This document shows, one piece after another, positions 19,128 through 30,307 of a stretch of DNA of 64,000 nucleotides. A program made the position numbers and the translations under genes. Under the pieces are notes generated by a model. The model was not told the origin of the DNA and ran no database searches. It worked only from the letters and a program-made list of their open reading frames with translations. Numbering within the stretch: the stretch's first letter is position 1; the number at the start of each line of letters is the position of its first letter. The DNA is from an uncultured delta proteobacterium (GTDB taxonomy: Bacteria > Desulfobacterota > BSN033 > UBA1163), in the NCBI GenBank assembly GCA_963708295.1, contig CAVPSJ010000011.1:257121-321120 (forward strand). The letters run 5' to 3'.

Positions 19128-19215
19128 TTTGTGACGTAACTTTCAAAACCTCGATGTTTACAACCTGTTCATATGCCATCTGCCGCTTACCTGTTTCCTG
19201 ACCTTTTCTGATAAT

Positions 19216-19245
19216 AAAAAAGGGGAGAATCTCACCCTTCTCCCC
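19216..19245 (-). terminator. Intrinsic terminator after HU gene
   Basis: GGGGAGAA/TTCTCCCC stem plus a minus-strand U-tract. Confidence 0.75.
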
Positions 19246-19287
19246 CTTCTATCAATGCTCCTAAAGCAGGATTTATCTTATAAAGGA

Positions 19288-19560
19288 TTACCTTACCGCA
19301 CTTTTTAACACATTCCCTGCTTTGAATTTTGCCACCCGCGTGGCAGGGATCTTGATCTCCCTCCCGGTTTGGGGATTTCTCCCTGTTCTAGCCCTCCTCT
19401 TCGCCACAGAGAACGTCCCAAATCCCGTCAACGCCAGTTTGTCCCCCTTTTTTAACGCCTTCATCACCGTATTGGTAAATGCATTAATGGCTTTTTCAGC
19501 TGACGCTTTCGAGATCTTGGCTTCCTTCCCTATACTGGCGATCAACTCCGCCTTTGTCAT
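19288..19560 (-). CDS. hup: HU family DNA-binding protein
   Basis: MTKAELI, GFGTFSV..R.ARTGRNPQTG and FKAG. Confidence 0.96.
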   Translation of the reverse strand: MTKAELIASIGKEAKISKASAEKAINAFTNTVMKALKKGDKLALTGFGTFSVAKRRARTGRNPQTGREIKIPATRVAKFKAGNVLKSAVR

Positions 19561-19930
19561 CTAAATCACCTCCTTTGTAAGGGATAAATTGTTTTGAGTC
19601 GAATCGAAATCAGCTTCCCTAAAACGATGCCCATCATAAACCATCGATATTTTAAAAGTCAAGCCTTTTATTTCAAAAATTATTTCAAAATTTAATATGC
19701 TAAACCCTTCATCCTCTGACAAAAAAAAGACTCCATCCGTTCGAAGAGAACCTTCTCCGTGCCTTCCGGTCTCTCTGATTCAATCTGCTGAAGCGCCTCT
19801 CCCTCGGAATCCCCCGTTCTGGCTTTGGAAAACTCCTCCGGGGACGGATCGATTTCCCCTCTTTCTAATTTCGAAGCTGTTTTGGCCCTCGCACAAAGCA
19901 CGACCTGAGAGAGAAGAAGGATGAATGCAG

Positions 19931-20464
19931 TTAAAGGTGCCGAAGATCATTGGGGTCGAACTGTAAAATAAAAAAGATCTTATTCTCGATCCCGTAGATC
20001 TCCATCTGCAGCCGCTCCAGGTAGTCCATGGCCTTCGGATTCAAACCGTATCTGGCCTTCAGATCGTCAAACCTTTCCCTTAGCGAAACGATTCGATCGT
20101 GCATCACTCGTTTATCCGCATAATTGACGATTTCTTCTTCAGTAACGCAGGAAGGGTTTCCCTGTTTCCCTAACCAAATATGCTGTGTCACGACGTCTCC
20201 AACTCTTTCGTACCCCATTCCTTTCAAGACTTGACCGCCTGTCCGTGCATGGTCGTCCTTTGTCTTGAGACACTCTGTCTTGGTAAGGTCATGTAATAAA
20301 GAGCCCGCTTCCACCAAATCGAGATCAATCTTTTGGCCTCTCTTATTTAGCTCGACTGAGAGGAAAAGGGCTACCTTAGCCACCTCTAGGCTATGGGAAA
20401 CGATGTTTTCCAGCATTCCATATTTAATCATCAAGCTCAGACATTCTTCCCTGCTGGGGATCAT
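19931..20464 (-). CDS. HD/HDIG domain phosphohydrolase
   Basis: MIPSREEC, HSLEVA, LLHDL, DHA..G and VNYADKRV. Confidence 0.85.
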   Translation of the reverse strand: MIPSREECLSLMIKYGMLENIVSHSLEVAKVALFLSVELNKRGQKIDLDLVEAGSLLHDLTKTECLKTKDDHARTGGQVLKGMGYERVGDVVTQHIWLGKQGNPSCVTEEEIVNYADKRVMHDRIVSLRERFDDLKARYGLNPKAMDYLERLQMEIYGIENKIFFILQFDPNDLRHL

Positions 20465-20707
20465 CTTCAATCCGGTTCCAGATTTCCTAGAAATAAGTGT
20501 GCGTCTCAAATAAGTTGTCGCCGTAGAGTGTTGTTTCGAACGAAGTAAAGCAACCCCGTTAGAATGTCACGCTTGCGCGCCGCAGCGCCTCAGCGCGCGG
20601 GCGGATCGACCAAAAAGAAAAAAGCGATACCTGCAATCCTAAAATAAAAGTCGTCGACTGCATGTTTACTTCCCTAGCTATTCGACCCCCGACCAATGAT
20701 GCTGACC

Positions 20708-22159
20708 CTAGGGATGCTGAATGATGAGGTATCCTTCCACTTTCTTCTTTATGAGATTCGTGACAAAGACATTCCAAACATTTTCTTTCTGGGCTTCTTC
20801 AAAAGGGATAGAAAATTCCACTTTGAGGGGGCTTTTCCCTGTCAGGGTGGGGGTCCCTTCTAAACTCCCCAATTTCTTGAAAGAAAGTTTCAGTGAGTTC
20901 CCGCCCCACTCCCACCTCACCTCGATCGTCACCTTTTCTGTTTGAGCTTTGCTTCGGAGCCGTGGTGCAAGAAAAGAAAAAGAGAACTCTTCCTTCCCCT
21001 GGGGCCTGATTTGAAACGGAAAGATGATGAATGTTCTTTCAAATACATTATTTTCCGGATGGATGTCATCGGAGGATAGCTCGGGAGAGATTGACACTTT
21101 CACTCTGGAAACCCCGGCAAGTCCTACCTGATACGGAGGGGCGACCGTGTAACGATTCTTAAGATTTGCCTTTAATGCCTCCGAAATGAAATGGTCAAAC
21201 TCCGACATCTTCTGGTCATTCACAAATACCTGAACCTGAAAGATGGCCCCCTTCCGGAGTTCAACCTCCCCGGCATTGGACAGGATGATCACGAGCTCAA
21301 AGTCCTCCGTCAACTCCAATTGTTTGACAACGATGTCCGGTCCCGCAGGAGATCCTTCCAGTATTTTCCTCAGGTGGTTATTCTCCTCATTGGACTCCTT
21401 CACCTCTTTAGAAAAGGTCACATGGGCGTCAATTTCATGTCGTCCAACAACGATCAGGGGAGTCGTCAGAGTCATCGTTCCTTTCACTGGAAGAGAGGAC
21501 TGATCAGATAGGCTCCGGAACACATAACTTCCTTTCGGGGACCCATCAACCAGGATCTTCAAATTGCCCTCCCCTAAAGGAAGTGGGCTATCCCCGAAAT
21601 TGGCGATGGTCACTGCCAATTCCTTGCGGGAGGTGAGGAAAAGATCGGTGATGGCAAGGTCTGGGAAAGGGGGTTTGGTCTCTTTTTTTTCCCTCTCCAA
21701 GACTTTAGGAAAAACTTTACTCGACTTATTTTCTTCAACTGTCTTCTCTTCCTTATCCAGGACAGCCCGGACCTCATGCTTGCCGACCAACTCAACCGGA
21801 GTCGTATAGAGGGTCGTACCTCCTGGTCCCAGAAACCCCTGATCCGGAAGGGTTCCAAGAGAGTCTTTCCATTTCAAAAGGCCATCTACGTAAATCGTTA
21901 AACTCCCGATACCGTACGGAGCGGGTCCCTCCCCAACATTTGTAAGCATCACCTCTATCTTTCCGGTCTCACTTAATGAAATATCGGAAATGATAAGGTT
22001 AGGAAGGAGGACAGGTTGGGGCGCAGGAGATGGAACAGGCTGGGATGCAGGTGGGGAAACGGGTGGAGCAGAAGGAGGTTGAGGGGTATGGGCGACTTGT
22101 GCGGCACAACTGAAAAGAAAGACGGACAAGGCGAAAATCGCAATCGCCCATTTAACCAT
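20708..22159 (-). CDS. Lipoprotein with three CARDB-like Ig domains
   Basis: Lipobox LFSC, Pro-rich linker, three P(N/D)L.I.D...N.G...VDG repeats and ESNEENN. Confidence 0.7.
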   Translation of the reverse strand: MVKWAIAIFALSVFLFSCAAQVAHTPQPPSAPPVSPPASQPVPSPAPQPVLLPNLIISDISLSETGKIEVMLTNVGEGPAPYGIGSLTIYVDGLLKWKDSLGTLPDQGFLGPGGTTLYTTPVELVGKHEVRAVLDKEEKTVEENKSSKVFPKVLEREKKETKPPFPDLAITDLFLTSRKELAVTIANFGDSPLPLGEGNLKILVDGSPKGSYVFRSLSDQSSLPVKGTMTLTTPLIVVGRHEIDAHVTFSKEVKESNEENNHLRKILEGSPAGPDIVVKQLELTEDFELVIILSNAGEVELRKGAIFQVQVFVNDQKMSEFDHFISEALKANLKNRYTVAPPYQVGLAGVSRVKVSISPELSSDDIHPENNVFERTFIIFPFQIRPQGKEEFSFSFLAPRLRSKAQTEKVTIEVRWEWGGNSLKLSFKKLGSLEGTPTLTGKSPLKVEFSIPFEEAQKENVWNVFVTNLIKKKVEGYLIIQHP

Positions 22160-22396
22160 AGAAAAGATTCCCCCTCCTAGGAGAGGAAAATAACGCATCA
22201 AGCAATGAAATGCAAGAGATTTCTCCCTTTTAAGATTGATTTCATGAGGAATTACGATATACTCCTGTTGTTTCGAGGAGCTGAATACTTTAAAGCCCGT
22301 TGATCCCGATATATTGTTCCAGACCCTAGACTTCTTAGGGCAACCAAAAGACTCAACAAAAAGTCATCCATGTAAGTGAGACTTGGAGACAAATTC

Positions 22397-22660
22397 ATGC
22401 CCACTAACGCAGAACGTGTCCCAAGCAAGGCGAGTAAGATCATTCTATTCTGGAGTAACTGGTTGCTGGTTTTGTTTCTCGGTAGGAGATTTATGGGTTC
22501 CCCTGGAGATGGTGTGGATTTCTTGCTTAAGAATTTGGGTACTTTCGCCATTGCTATAATCGCCACAATCGTAATGCTTCGCTATCTTCACGGGGTTATT
22601 TTTAAAATGACGATAGCCGTAATTTGGATTGTAACAATTTTGATTGCTGCGGTATTATGA
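22397..22660 (+). CDS. Small hydrophobic membrane protein
   Basis: GGAG RBS before ATG; about 3 hydrophobic segments; low GC. Confidence 0.4.
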   Translation: MPTNAERVPSKASKIILFWSNWLLVLFLGRRFMGSPGDGVDFLLKNLGTFAIAIIATIVMLRYLHGVIFKMTIAVIWIVTILIAAVL

Positions 22661-22788
22661 GTTTATTAGTTTTTCCCTTTCCAAGACTGATGAAGATCTT
22701 TCATTACCGACCCCAACAAAATGCTGTATCAGACTTAGACCATTATTCCATTTTTGCCTTCGAGTCCTTGTTGATTCTTCGATTCGAT

Positions 22789-23560
22789 TTAGCGGGCGGT
22801 CCAGCCTCCGTCGATGAGAAGGACATGGCCTGTGACCATATTGGAAGCTTCTGAAGCCAGATAGATGATCGCTCCGGTAATATCCTTCGTCTGCGCTATC
22901 CGGCCTAAAGGAATGTTTCCCAGAACGGAGTCTCGAAAACCCTTTTCTTCAAACATCGGCTTTGTCAGGGGAGTTTCAACAAAGGTTGGAGCAATCGCAT
23001 TCACGTTGATCTGATACGGAGCCCACTCGATAGCCAGAACCTTTGTCAGAAGATTGACCCCTGCCTTGCTTGATGAATAGGATGCCCTCCGCTCGAGACC
23101 CACGCTGCCCATCGTCGACGAAACATTGATGATCTTTCCTTTTCTCTGCTGGATCATCACCTTTCCAACCGCCTGGCAGCAAAAAAAGAGACCCTTAAGA
23201 TTCAGGTTAATGACTCGATCCCACGCCTCTTCCGTAACCTCAGTTGCCCATTGAGGGATGTTGATCCCGGCGTTATTGACCAAAATATCGATATGGCCGA
23301 AAACCTTTGTTGCCTCGTTTACCAACGCCTGGATTTCCGGAATCTTAGTGAGGTCTGCCTGCTGAATTAAGACTTTTCGACCGAGCCTCTCGATCTCGGG
23401 TTTGATCTTTTGGAGATCGGGAAGGATGTCACACACAATCAGATCGGCTCCATATTTAGCCAGGGCCAGGGCAAATTCGCGGCCCATGCCTCTTCCTGCT
23501 CCGGTGACAAGGGCCAACTTTACCTGTGAGGTCGAATTCAGAAAAAGGATTGCCTCCCAT
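22789..23560 (-). CDS. Short-chain dehydrogenase/reductase (KduD/gluconate 5-dehydrogenase-like); 1-nt frameshift near 23517
   Basis: MGGNPFSEFDLTGKV joins ALVTGAGRGMG across the shift; NNAG, YSSSK and DGGW motifs. Confidence 0.85.
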
Positions 23561-23612
23561 GCTTCTCACCTCCTGGGAACTGTTTCGTAATCGAGAAAAC
23601 AACTCTTCCCAA

Positions 23613-23835
23613 AATCTCCCCCTACCCCTCACTGCTAAAGAGGGGAGTGACTCCCTTGCGTAAACAGGGGCGATATTTACACCCTCATGGTCTGCGCAAT
23701 AATTGGATTCAACATAACATGCCACCCGATACCAATCAAGAAACGTTCCCTCACCGCGCCGTCGCCAAAGCGGCTATGGCTCGTCGGCGGGCTCCACAGC
23801 CCTCTCCTTGGTGGGGAGAGGGCTGGATGATGAGA
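23613..23835. repeat. REP-like palindromes
   Basis: CCCCTC-ACTGCTAAA-GAGGGG and CAGCCCTCTCC-TTGGTG-GGGAGAGGGCTG hairpins. Confidence 0.55.
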
Positions 23836-23947
23836 CCTTGACACTCATCAGCTAAAATTGTATCTCTTGGAAATAGGTAGCAATGGTCCGTTTGGGGGCA
23901 GATGAGTTCTGTCCCAAACTTTCAATGGGTCATTTCCCGGAGGATGC

Positions 23948-24982
23948 ATGAAGGAATTTATCGATCTCAGAAGCGATACCGTGACCAAACCCACGCCTGC
24001 CATGAGAAAAGTCATGGCAGAGGCAGAGGTGGGCGATGATGTCTTTGGCGAAGACCCTACCGTGAATGCCCTGCAGGAAACCGTGGCCCATCTTCTCGGA
24101 AAAGAGGCCGCCCTCTTCGTTCCGTCGGGGACAATGGCTAATCAGTTGTCCATCAAATCCCATACCCAGCCCGGCGATGAGGTAATCATCGAAACCTCTT
24201 CACATCCTTACAATTTTGAGGGGGGAGCGGGAGCAGCCCTTTCGGGTATCCAATTTCAGTGCCTGAAAGGGACACGTGGCATTCTCGATGCCTCCCAGAT
24301 TGAAGAAAGCATCCGGCCCGCCGATCATCACTTTGCAGTCACGCGGCTCATCTGTCTTGAAAACACGCACAACCGCGGTGGCGGCTCCGTCTACCCGCTT
24401 GAGAAAATGACCGAAATCTATCGATTGGCGAAATCGAGAGACCTCGCAGTCCATCTCGACGGGGCCAGGCTTTGGAATGCCTCCGTGGCCACGGGAATCA
24501 AACCCCAGGAATATGCTCAATGGGCAGACTCTGTATCGGTCTGTCTCTCCAAGGGATTAGGGGCTCCCATCGGCTCCCTGGTCGCCGGTTCCAAAGGATT
24601 CATCGAACGCGTTCATCGTTTTCGAAAGATGTTCGGGGGCGGAATGCGTCAGGTAGGAATCATTGCTGCTGCCGGGATCTATGCTCTGGACCATCACCTC
24701 GGACGTATCAAAGAAGACCATCAGAATGCGAAGCGCCTGGCAGTAGGTTTGAAAGAGTTTAAGGGAGTCTCCATCGACCCGAAACATGTGGAAACGAATA
24801 TTGTCATCTTCGATGTCGCCAACACCAGGATGACAGCCGCCCAGCTGGCGGAAGCGATGAAGAAGGAAGGAATCCTCATCCATGCTTTTGGCAAGATGCA
24901 AATCCGCCTGGTCACCCATTTGGATGTCACCGCCGAAGATATTGAGAAGGCTTTGGAAACCTTTAAAAAGGTCTTTCGGTAA
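23948..24982 (+). CDS. ltaE: Low-specificity L-threonine aldolase
   Basis: [39 protein letters not shown] and CLSKGLGAP. Confidence 0.96.
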   Translation: MKEFIDLRSDTVTKPTPAMRKVMAEAEVGDDVFGEDPTVNALQETVAHLLGKEAALFVPSGTMANQLSIKSHTQPGDEVIIETSSHPYNFEGGAGAALSGIQFQCLKGTRGILDASQIEESIRPADHHFAVTRLICLENTHNRGGGSVYPLEKMTEIYRLAKSRDLAVHLDGARLWNASVATGIKPQEYAQWADSVSVCLSKGLGAPIGSLVAGSKGFIERVHRFRKMFGGGMRQVGIIAAAGIYALDHHLGRIKEDHQNAKRLAVGLKEFKGVSIDPKHVETNIVIFDVANTRMTAAQLAEAMKKEGILIHAFGKMQIRLVTHLDVTAEDIEKALETFKKVFR

Positions 24983-25009
24983 TTTCGATATTCGGATCTT
25001 AGGAAGGCT

Positions 25010-25327
25010 ATGTCTGACCCGATCGTTGTCTTCGTAACTTGCGGCTCTGAAGAAGAGGCGCTCAAGATTGCCAATGCCCTGGTCGAGGACCATCTGGCCG
25101 CCTGCGTGAACCTTGTCGCTCCCATCCGCTCCATCTATCGATGGGAGGGGAAGATCTGGGACGAAAAGGAATGGCTGTTGATTGTCAAAACACAAAAGCA
25201 CAGGTTTGAAACATTGGAAAAAAAAGTGAAGTCCCTTCACTCCTATTCTGTTCCTGAGATTATCAGCGTACCCATCACGGAGGGTTCTTCGGCTTACCTC
25301 AACTGGATCGGAGAAAATATAAGGTAA
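25010..25327 (+). CDS. cutA: Divalent-cation tolerance protein CutA
   Basis: LAACVN, SIYRWEG and HSYSVPEII. Confidence 0.95.
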   Translation: MSDPIVVFVTCGSEEEALKIANALVEDHLAACVNLVAPIRSIYRWEGKIWDEKEWLLIVKTQKHRFETLEKKVKSLHSYSVPEIISVPITEGSSAYLNWIGENIR

Positions 25328-25380
25328 TTGTCCAAGGTTAGGGCGACGAAGTCAGTTTCGTATATCGTCAAAGGGGGAGA

Positions 25381-25474
25381 TGTCATTCCGGCCCCGATTT
25401 TCATCGGGATAAACTTCAGCCGGAATCCAGTGTTTTGCAGGGCCTCTGGATGCCGGATCAAGTCCGGCATGACG
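25381..25474. repeat. REP-like composite palindrome between convergent genes
   Basis: GTCATTCCGG...CCGGAATCCAG...CTGGATGCCGGATCAAGTCCGGCATGAC; a related copy lies at ~36377-36460. Confidence 0.65.
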
Positions 25475-25546
25475 GACTCTGAGAGTTTATTGAAGAGTTT
25501 GAGGATTCAATGGGTGAAGGGTTCGAGCAAAAATCTCCTCGACCCC

Positions 25547-27010
25547 TCAGGTCAGATTTGGCTTCTTGAGATGAAAGTCAGTGTTCTGCTCGAAAGTGTA
25601 GGCTACCCTGAGAAGCATCTCCTCATCGAAATGCTTTCCCATGATTTGAAGTCCGACGGGAAGCCCTTCATGATTGAACCCGCAAGGAATGGATATCGCG
25701 GGGATTCCTGCCATATTCACCGGGATGGTAAGGATATCGGATAAATACATCTGGAGAGGGTCTCCTGTCTTCTCACCGATTCGGAAAGCCGGCGTAGGTG
25801 CGGTCGGTGCCACAATGACGTCCACCTTTTGGAAAGCCTCTTCAAAGTCCTTCCTGATCAAGGTTCTCACCTGCGAAGCCTTTCGGTAGTAGGCGTCATA
25901 GTATCCGGCAGAAAGGACGTAGGTTCCCAGAATGATCCGTCGTTTCACTTCTTTTCCGAACCCTTTGGCCCGGGTCTGAGTATACATTTCCATCAGATCC
26001 CGATATCCTTTCGAACGGAGCCCGTACTTCACCCCATCGTATCGAGCCAGGTTGGAGCTGGCCTCCGCCGTTGCGATGATGTAATAGACGGCCACCGCAT
26101 ATTCCGTATGCGGCAAAGAGATACTCTGGATTTCCGCTCCCCACCTCTTAAAAGAATCGACGGCATCCCTGACGGACCTCTCGACCTCCGGATCCATTCC
26201 TTCTACAAAATATTCTTCAGGGATCCCGACTCGGATCCCCTTGACATCCTTTTTGAGCGATTTTTTATAGTCCGGGACCTCTGCATTGACCGAGGTCGAG
26301 TCACAAGGGTCGTAGCCGCTGATCGCATTCATCAGAATCGCACAGTCCACCACATCCTTTGTGATCGGACCGATTTGATCCAAGGAGGAGGCAAACGCCA
26401 CGAGTCCATATCTGGACACTCTACCATAAGTGGGTTTCAACCCGACCACGCCGCAACAGGCGGCGGGCTGTCTAATTGAGCCGCCCGTATCGGTCCCCAG
26501 AGCGCCGATGCACTCATCAGCAGCCACCGCGGCAGCCGAACCCCCACTGGAACCTCCCGGAATCCGATGAAGGTCCCAAGGGTTATGAGTGACTTGAAAT
26601 CCTGAGTTTTCTGTGGAAGACCCCATGGCAAATTCGTCCATGTTGAGCTTTCCCAAGAAAACCGTATTTCTCTCCCTGAGCTTCTTAATGACCGTTCCGT
26701 CGTAAAAGGGGATATACCCTTCTAAAATCTTGGATCCACAAGTCGTCTGAGTCCCCTTTGTACACAGGATATCCTTCAATCCTATCGGGACTCCTGCCAG
26801 ATCTCCAATCTCTTCTCCCCTCGCAATCTTGCCGTCGACTTGATCGGCTTGGCGGAAAGCCCCTTCCTCCGTGAAAAGCAGATAGGCCTTCACCTTTCCT
26901 TCGACTTCTCGGATTCGTCGGTAGAGAGCCTCCGTGGCCTCTCTGGAGGTAACCTCTTTTCTGACTAAAAGATCGTGTAATTGGTGAATAGTCAATTGAT
27001 GGAGTTTCAT
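25547..27010 (-). CDS. gatA: Asp-tRNA(Asn)/Glu-tRNA(Gln) amidotransferase subunit A
   Basis: Amidase signature [11 protein letters not shown] and [12 protein letters not shown]; [11 protein letters not shown]. Confidence 0.97.
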   Translation of the reverse strand: MKLHQLTIHQLHDLLVRKEVTSREATEALYRRIREVEGKVKAYLLFTEEGAFRQADQVDGKIARGEEIGDLAGVPIGLKDILCTKGTQTTCGSKILEGYIPFYDGTVIKKLRERNTVFLGKLNMDEFAMGSSTENSGFQVTHNPWDLHRIPGGSSGGSAAAVAADECIGALGTDTGGSIRQPAACCGVVGLKPTYGRVSRYGLVAFASSLDQIGPITKDVVDCAILMNAISGYDPCDSTSVNAEVPDYKKSLKKDVKGIRVGIPEEYFVEGMDPEVERSVRDAVDSFKRWGAEIQSISLPHTEYAVAVYYIIATAEASSNLARYDGVKYGLRSKGYRDLMEMYTQTRAKGFGKEVKRRIILGTYVLSAGYYDAYYRKASQVRTLIRKDFEEAFQKVDVIVAPTAPTPAFRIGEKTGDPLQMYLSDILTIPVNMAGIPAISIPCGFNHEGLPVGLQIMGKHFDEEMLLRVAYTFEQNTDFHLKKPNLT

Positions 27011-27020
27011 TGTCATTCCA

Positions 27021-27140
27021 CAAGTGCCTAAAATGCCAAAAGTGAGCTAACGTGTCTAAAGTCAAAGGCCAAACAGATTCTTTCCGGTTTTTGTTTTTTA
27101 ACTTAAGACAATTTAGTCATTTGAGTCACTTTAGGCACTC
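27021..27140. repeat. Degenerate 9-nt-period inverted repeat between gatC and gatA
   Basis: AGTGCCTAAA-type units at left, TTTAGGCACT-type units at right. Confidence 0.5.
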
Positions 27141-27143
27141 CAG

Positions 27144-27422
27144 TTACTCAATGATCCTCGGTACTTTAAAATGCCCATCCTCTTCATCGGGTGCAATAGC
27201 CAATACCTCTCCCTGGGGGAGAGAAGGTTTCACTTCGTCGTCTCTGAAGACATTATAGATAGGGATGGCGTGGGAAGTGGGTTCCACCCCGGTGGTATCG
27301 ATCCGGTTTAATTGCTCCATATAGGTAAGGATTTGCTCCATCTGGTTCCCAAAAATCTCCTTTTCTTCATCGGACAACTCCAGACGAGCCAGTCTGGCTA
27401 CCTTCTCGATATCCATCCCCAT
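27144..27422 (-). CDS. gatC: Amidotransferase subunit C
   Basis: VARLARLEL, DTTGVEPTSH and FKVPRII. Confidence 0.95.
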   Translation of the reverse strand: MGMDIEKVARLARLELSDEEKEIFGNQMEQILTYMEQLNRIDTTGVEPTSHAIPIYNVFRDDEVKPSLPQGEVLAIAPDEEDGHFKVPRIIE

Positions 27423-27454
27423 GCGTTCAACTCCTCGCTTTCTTCCCTCACTGG

Positions 27455-30124
27455 CTATCCCAGCATCCCCTTTATCTTATTCAGGCTTTCTTCCAATTTC
27501 TCGCGCTGGATGCGGAACTCCAGCGCTTTGTCCTTCACCTCCTGGACCACATCCGGAGGAGCTTTGGAAAGAAATTGCTCGTTGGAGAGTTTCTTCATAA
27601 CGAAAACGCTTTCCTTCTCGGCTTTCAGTATCTCCTTCTGAAGTCTTTTGGCTTCCTCTTCCATTCGAGACCGCTCCATGGGGACAAAAATCTCAACATT
27701 TCGAACGACCACAAAGGCACTGAAGAGTGGTTTTTCAATCTCTCGCCCAAACTTAAATTCCTTGACCAGAGCGAGAAACTGAATGAAAGATTGATTCTCT
27801 CGAAGCTTCCTTTCCACTTCATCTGTCCCCGGTCGAAAGAGCACGGTCATCTGCTCTCCCGGTGGAAGGTTCATCTCCCCCCGAATGTTCCGAAGGGCAC
27901 TGGTCACTTCGATGACCAGCCCCATCTTGTTGCTCACTCCTTCGTCATCATACCTTCCGTCCGGTTTTGGGAATTCGGCGACCATAATCGATTCATTTTC
28001 TTTTCGTCCTGGAAGCTGCTGCCAAATTTCCTCCGTAATAAATGGCATGAAAGGATGAAGCAGTCTGAGAATGGCATCGAGGACCTCTACAAGCGTCTGC
28101 TGGGTAAGACTCTGTCTCTTCCGATCTCCTTCCTTATAGAGGTAGAGTTTGGTCATCTCCAGATACCAGTCGCAGAACTCGTGCCAGATGAAATGGTAAA
28201 GGGTATGGGTGACCTCGTTGAATTTATACCCCTCCAATGACTCGCGGACCTCCCGGATAACCTGGTTCAGCCTTCCCCGGATCCAGCGATCCGGAAGGCT
28301 GAAATCTTCAGGCGGGATCCCCTGAGCGATTTCGTTCGCTTTAAAACTCTCAAGATTCATCAGGGCAAAGCGTGAGGCATTCCAGATCTTATTGGCGAAG
28401 TGACGGTAGCCCTCTGTCCTGGACTCTGATAGTTTCAAATCGCTTCCAGGCATCGTTAATGCCGCAAGGGTGAACCGCAGGGCATCGGCACCGAAGCGGT
28501 CGATGAGGTCAAGGGGATCGACCACGTTTCCGCGGGTCTTCGAATATTTTTCTCCTCGCTCGTCTCTCACCAAGCCGTGGATGTATACATCTCTGAAGGG
28601 AACATCGCCCATAAACTTCAAACCCATCATCATCATTCTGGCCACCCAGAAGAAAAGGATGTCGAAGCCCGTCACCAGGACGGATGTGGGATAGAACTTC
28701 TTCAACAACTTCGTCTCCTTTGGCCACCCCATGGTGGAAAAAGGCCAGAGGGCAGAACTGAACCAGGTATCCAGAACGTCGGTCTCAGGGGTCAAGTGAT
28801 CGGAACCACACTTCGGACAGGAGGTGGGCACCTCCTTGGAGACAATGACTTCTCCGCACCCGCTACAATACCAGGCCGGAATTCGATGACCCCACCAGAT
28901 CTGCCGTGAGATGCACCAATCCCTAATATTCTCCATCCATTCGAAATAGGTTTTCTCCCAGACGTCGGGAATGATTCGAGTCCTGCCTCCCCGAACAGCC
29001 TCAATGGCTTCCTTGGCCAATGGCTTGGTTTTCACAAACCACTGAAGGGAGAGGTTTGGCTCCACGATGGTCCGGCAACGATAACAATGGCCGACCACAT
29101 GGGGATAGTCCTCAATTTTGACCAATACGCCATCCCGCTCAAAATCTTCGACGATCTTCTCCCGGCACTCAAAACGGTCCATCCCCCGATAAGGACCCGC
29201 ATTTTCGTTCATATGGCCCTTTTCATCAATCACCTTGACCTGTTCGAGGCCGTGTTTCAACCCGATCTCAAAATCGTTGAAATCATGAGCCGGAGTGATC
29301 TTCAAACAGCCTGTGCCAAATTCAACATCCACATAGGGGTCCGCAATAACGGGAATCTCCCGATCGACCACGGGAAGGAGAACCTTCTCTCCGACCGCTG
29401 CACGATAGCGTTCATCCCCCGGGTTGACCGCCACCGCCGTATCCCCGAGCATGGTTTCCGGTCGCGTCGTCGCCACGACCACAGAACGATTGCTTCCCTT
29501 GAAGGGATACTTCAGATGATAGAGTTTCCCTAAGACTTCCTCATGTTCCACTTCGAGATCGGACAGGGCGGTTTGGCATCGGGGGCACCAATTGATGATG
29601 TAGTTGCTCCGGTAGATCAGGCCTTCCCCATACAGACGGACAAAAACTTCTTTGACCGCATCGGAAAGGCCTTCATCCATCGTAAACCGTTCACGATCCC
29701 AGTCGCACGAAGCGCCCAGTTTCTTCAACTGGTTGATGATCGTCCCCCCGGATTGCTCTTTCCACTTCCATACCCTCTCAATCAGTTTTTCCCTTCCCAG
29801 GGTGTGCCGGTCGATCCCTTCCTCCAAAAGCTGTTTCTCCACGACGTTCTGGGTGGCAATGCCTGCGTGATCCGTCCCCGGCATCCAGAGGACCACGTAG
29901 CCCTCCATCCTCTTAAGGCGGATCAGAATGTCCTGCAGGGTATTGTTCAGTGCGTGTCCGATGTGGAGAACGCCCGTTACGTTCGGGGGCGGGATGACAA
30001 TAGAATAGGCTTTTCGTTTGGAATCTTCATCGGCCTTGAAATAGCCGCGCTTCTCCCACTGCTGATACCATTTCTCTTCCACCTGATGCGGATTATAAGA
30101 TTTTTCCAAGAGCTTTGGGGCCAT
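27455..30124 (-). CDS. valS: Valine--tRNA ligase
   Basis: PPPNVTGVLHIGHA, WCISRQIWWGH, DVLDTWFSS and KYSKT (KMSKS variant). Confidence 0.98.
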   Translation of the reverse strand: MAPKLLEKSYNPHQVEEKWYQQWEKRGYFKADEDSKRKAYSIVIPPPNVTGVLHIGHALNNTLQDILIRLKRMEGYVVLWMPGTDHAGIATQNVVEKQLLEEGIDRHTLGREKLIERVWKWKEQSGGTIINQLKKLGASCDWDRERFTMDEGLSDAVKEVFVRLYGEGLIYRSNYIINWCPRCQTALSDLEVEHEEVLGKLYHLKYPFKGSNRSVVVATTRPETMLGDTAVAVNPGDERYRAAVGEKVLLPVVDREIPVIADPYVDVEFGTGCLKITPAHDFNDFEIGLKHGLEQVKVIDEKGHMNENAGPYRGMDRFECREKIVEDFERDGVLVKIEDYPHVVGHCYRCRTIVEPNLSLQWFVKTKPLAKEAIEAVRGGRTRIIPDVWEKTYFEWMENIRDWCISRQIWWGHRIPAWYCSGCGEVIVSKEVPTSCPKCGSDHLTPETDVLDTWFSSALWPFSTMGWPKETKLLKKFYPTSVLVTGFDILFFWVARMMMMGLKFMGDVPFRDVYIHGLVRDERGEKYSKTRGNVVDPLDLIDRFGADALRFTLAALTMPGSDLKLSESRTEGYRHFANKIWNASRFALMNLESFKANEIAQGIPPEDFSLPDRWIRGRLNQVIREVRESLEGYKFNEVTHTLYHFIWHEFCDWYLEMTKLYLYKEGDRKRQSLTQQTLVEVLDAILRLLHPFMPFITEEIWQQLPGRKENESIMVAEFPKPDGRYDDEGVSNKMGLVIEVTSALRNIRGEMNLPPGEQMTVLFRPGTDEVERKLRENQSFIQFLALVKEFKFGREIEKPLFSAFVVVRNVEIFVPMERSRMEEEAKRLQKEILKAEKESVFVMKKLSNEQFLSKAPPDVVQEVKDKALEFRIQREKLEESLNKIKGMLG

Positions 30125-30149
30125 TGATACACCCTTTATCCTCCCTAAT

Positions 30150-30283
30150 AGGTTGCCGAAAAACGCCCATCTGCTGCGGTGTCTGGTCCCTCTCGGGGAC
30201 GTGGCAAGAAGTCACTCCTCATTCATCGTGATGCCACTCTCAGGATTTCGAAACCCTTGCATGTGGGCATTTTTGAGCACCCT
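30150..30283. mobile_element. MITE with IS5/IS1182-like terminal inverted repeats
   Basis: AGGTTGCCGAAAAACGCCCATCTGC ... GCATGTGGGCATTTTTGAGCACCCT imperfect 25-bp TIRs; no ORF. Confidence 0.6.
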
Positions 30284-30307
30284 AACAAACCACCTTAACT
30301 ATCCCTT

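Noticed and set aside
25328-25744. 138-aa ORF after cutA
   Set aside because: It translates a REP element and the antisense strand of gatA
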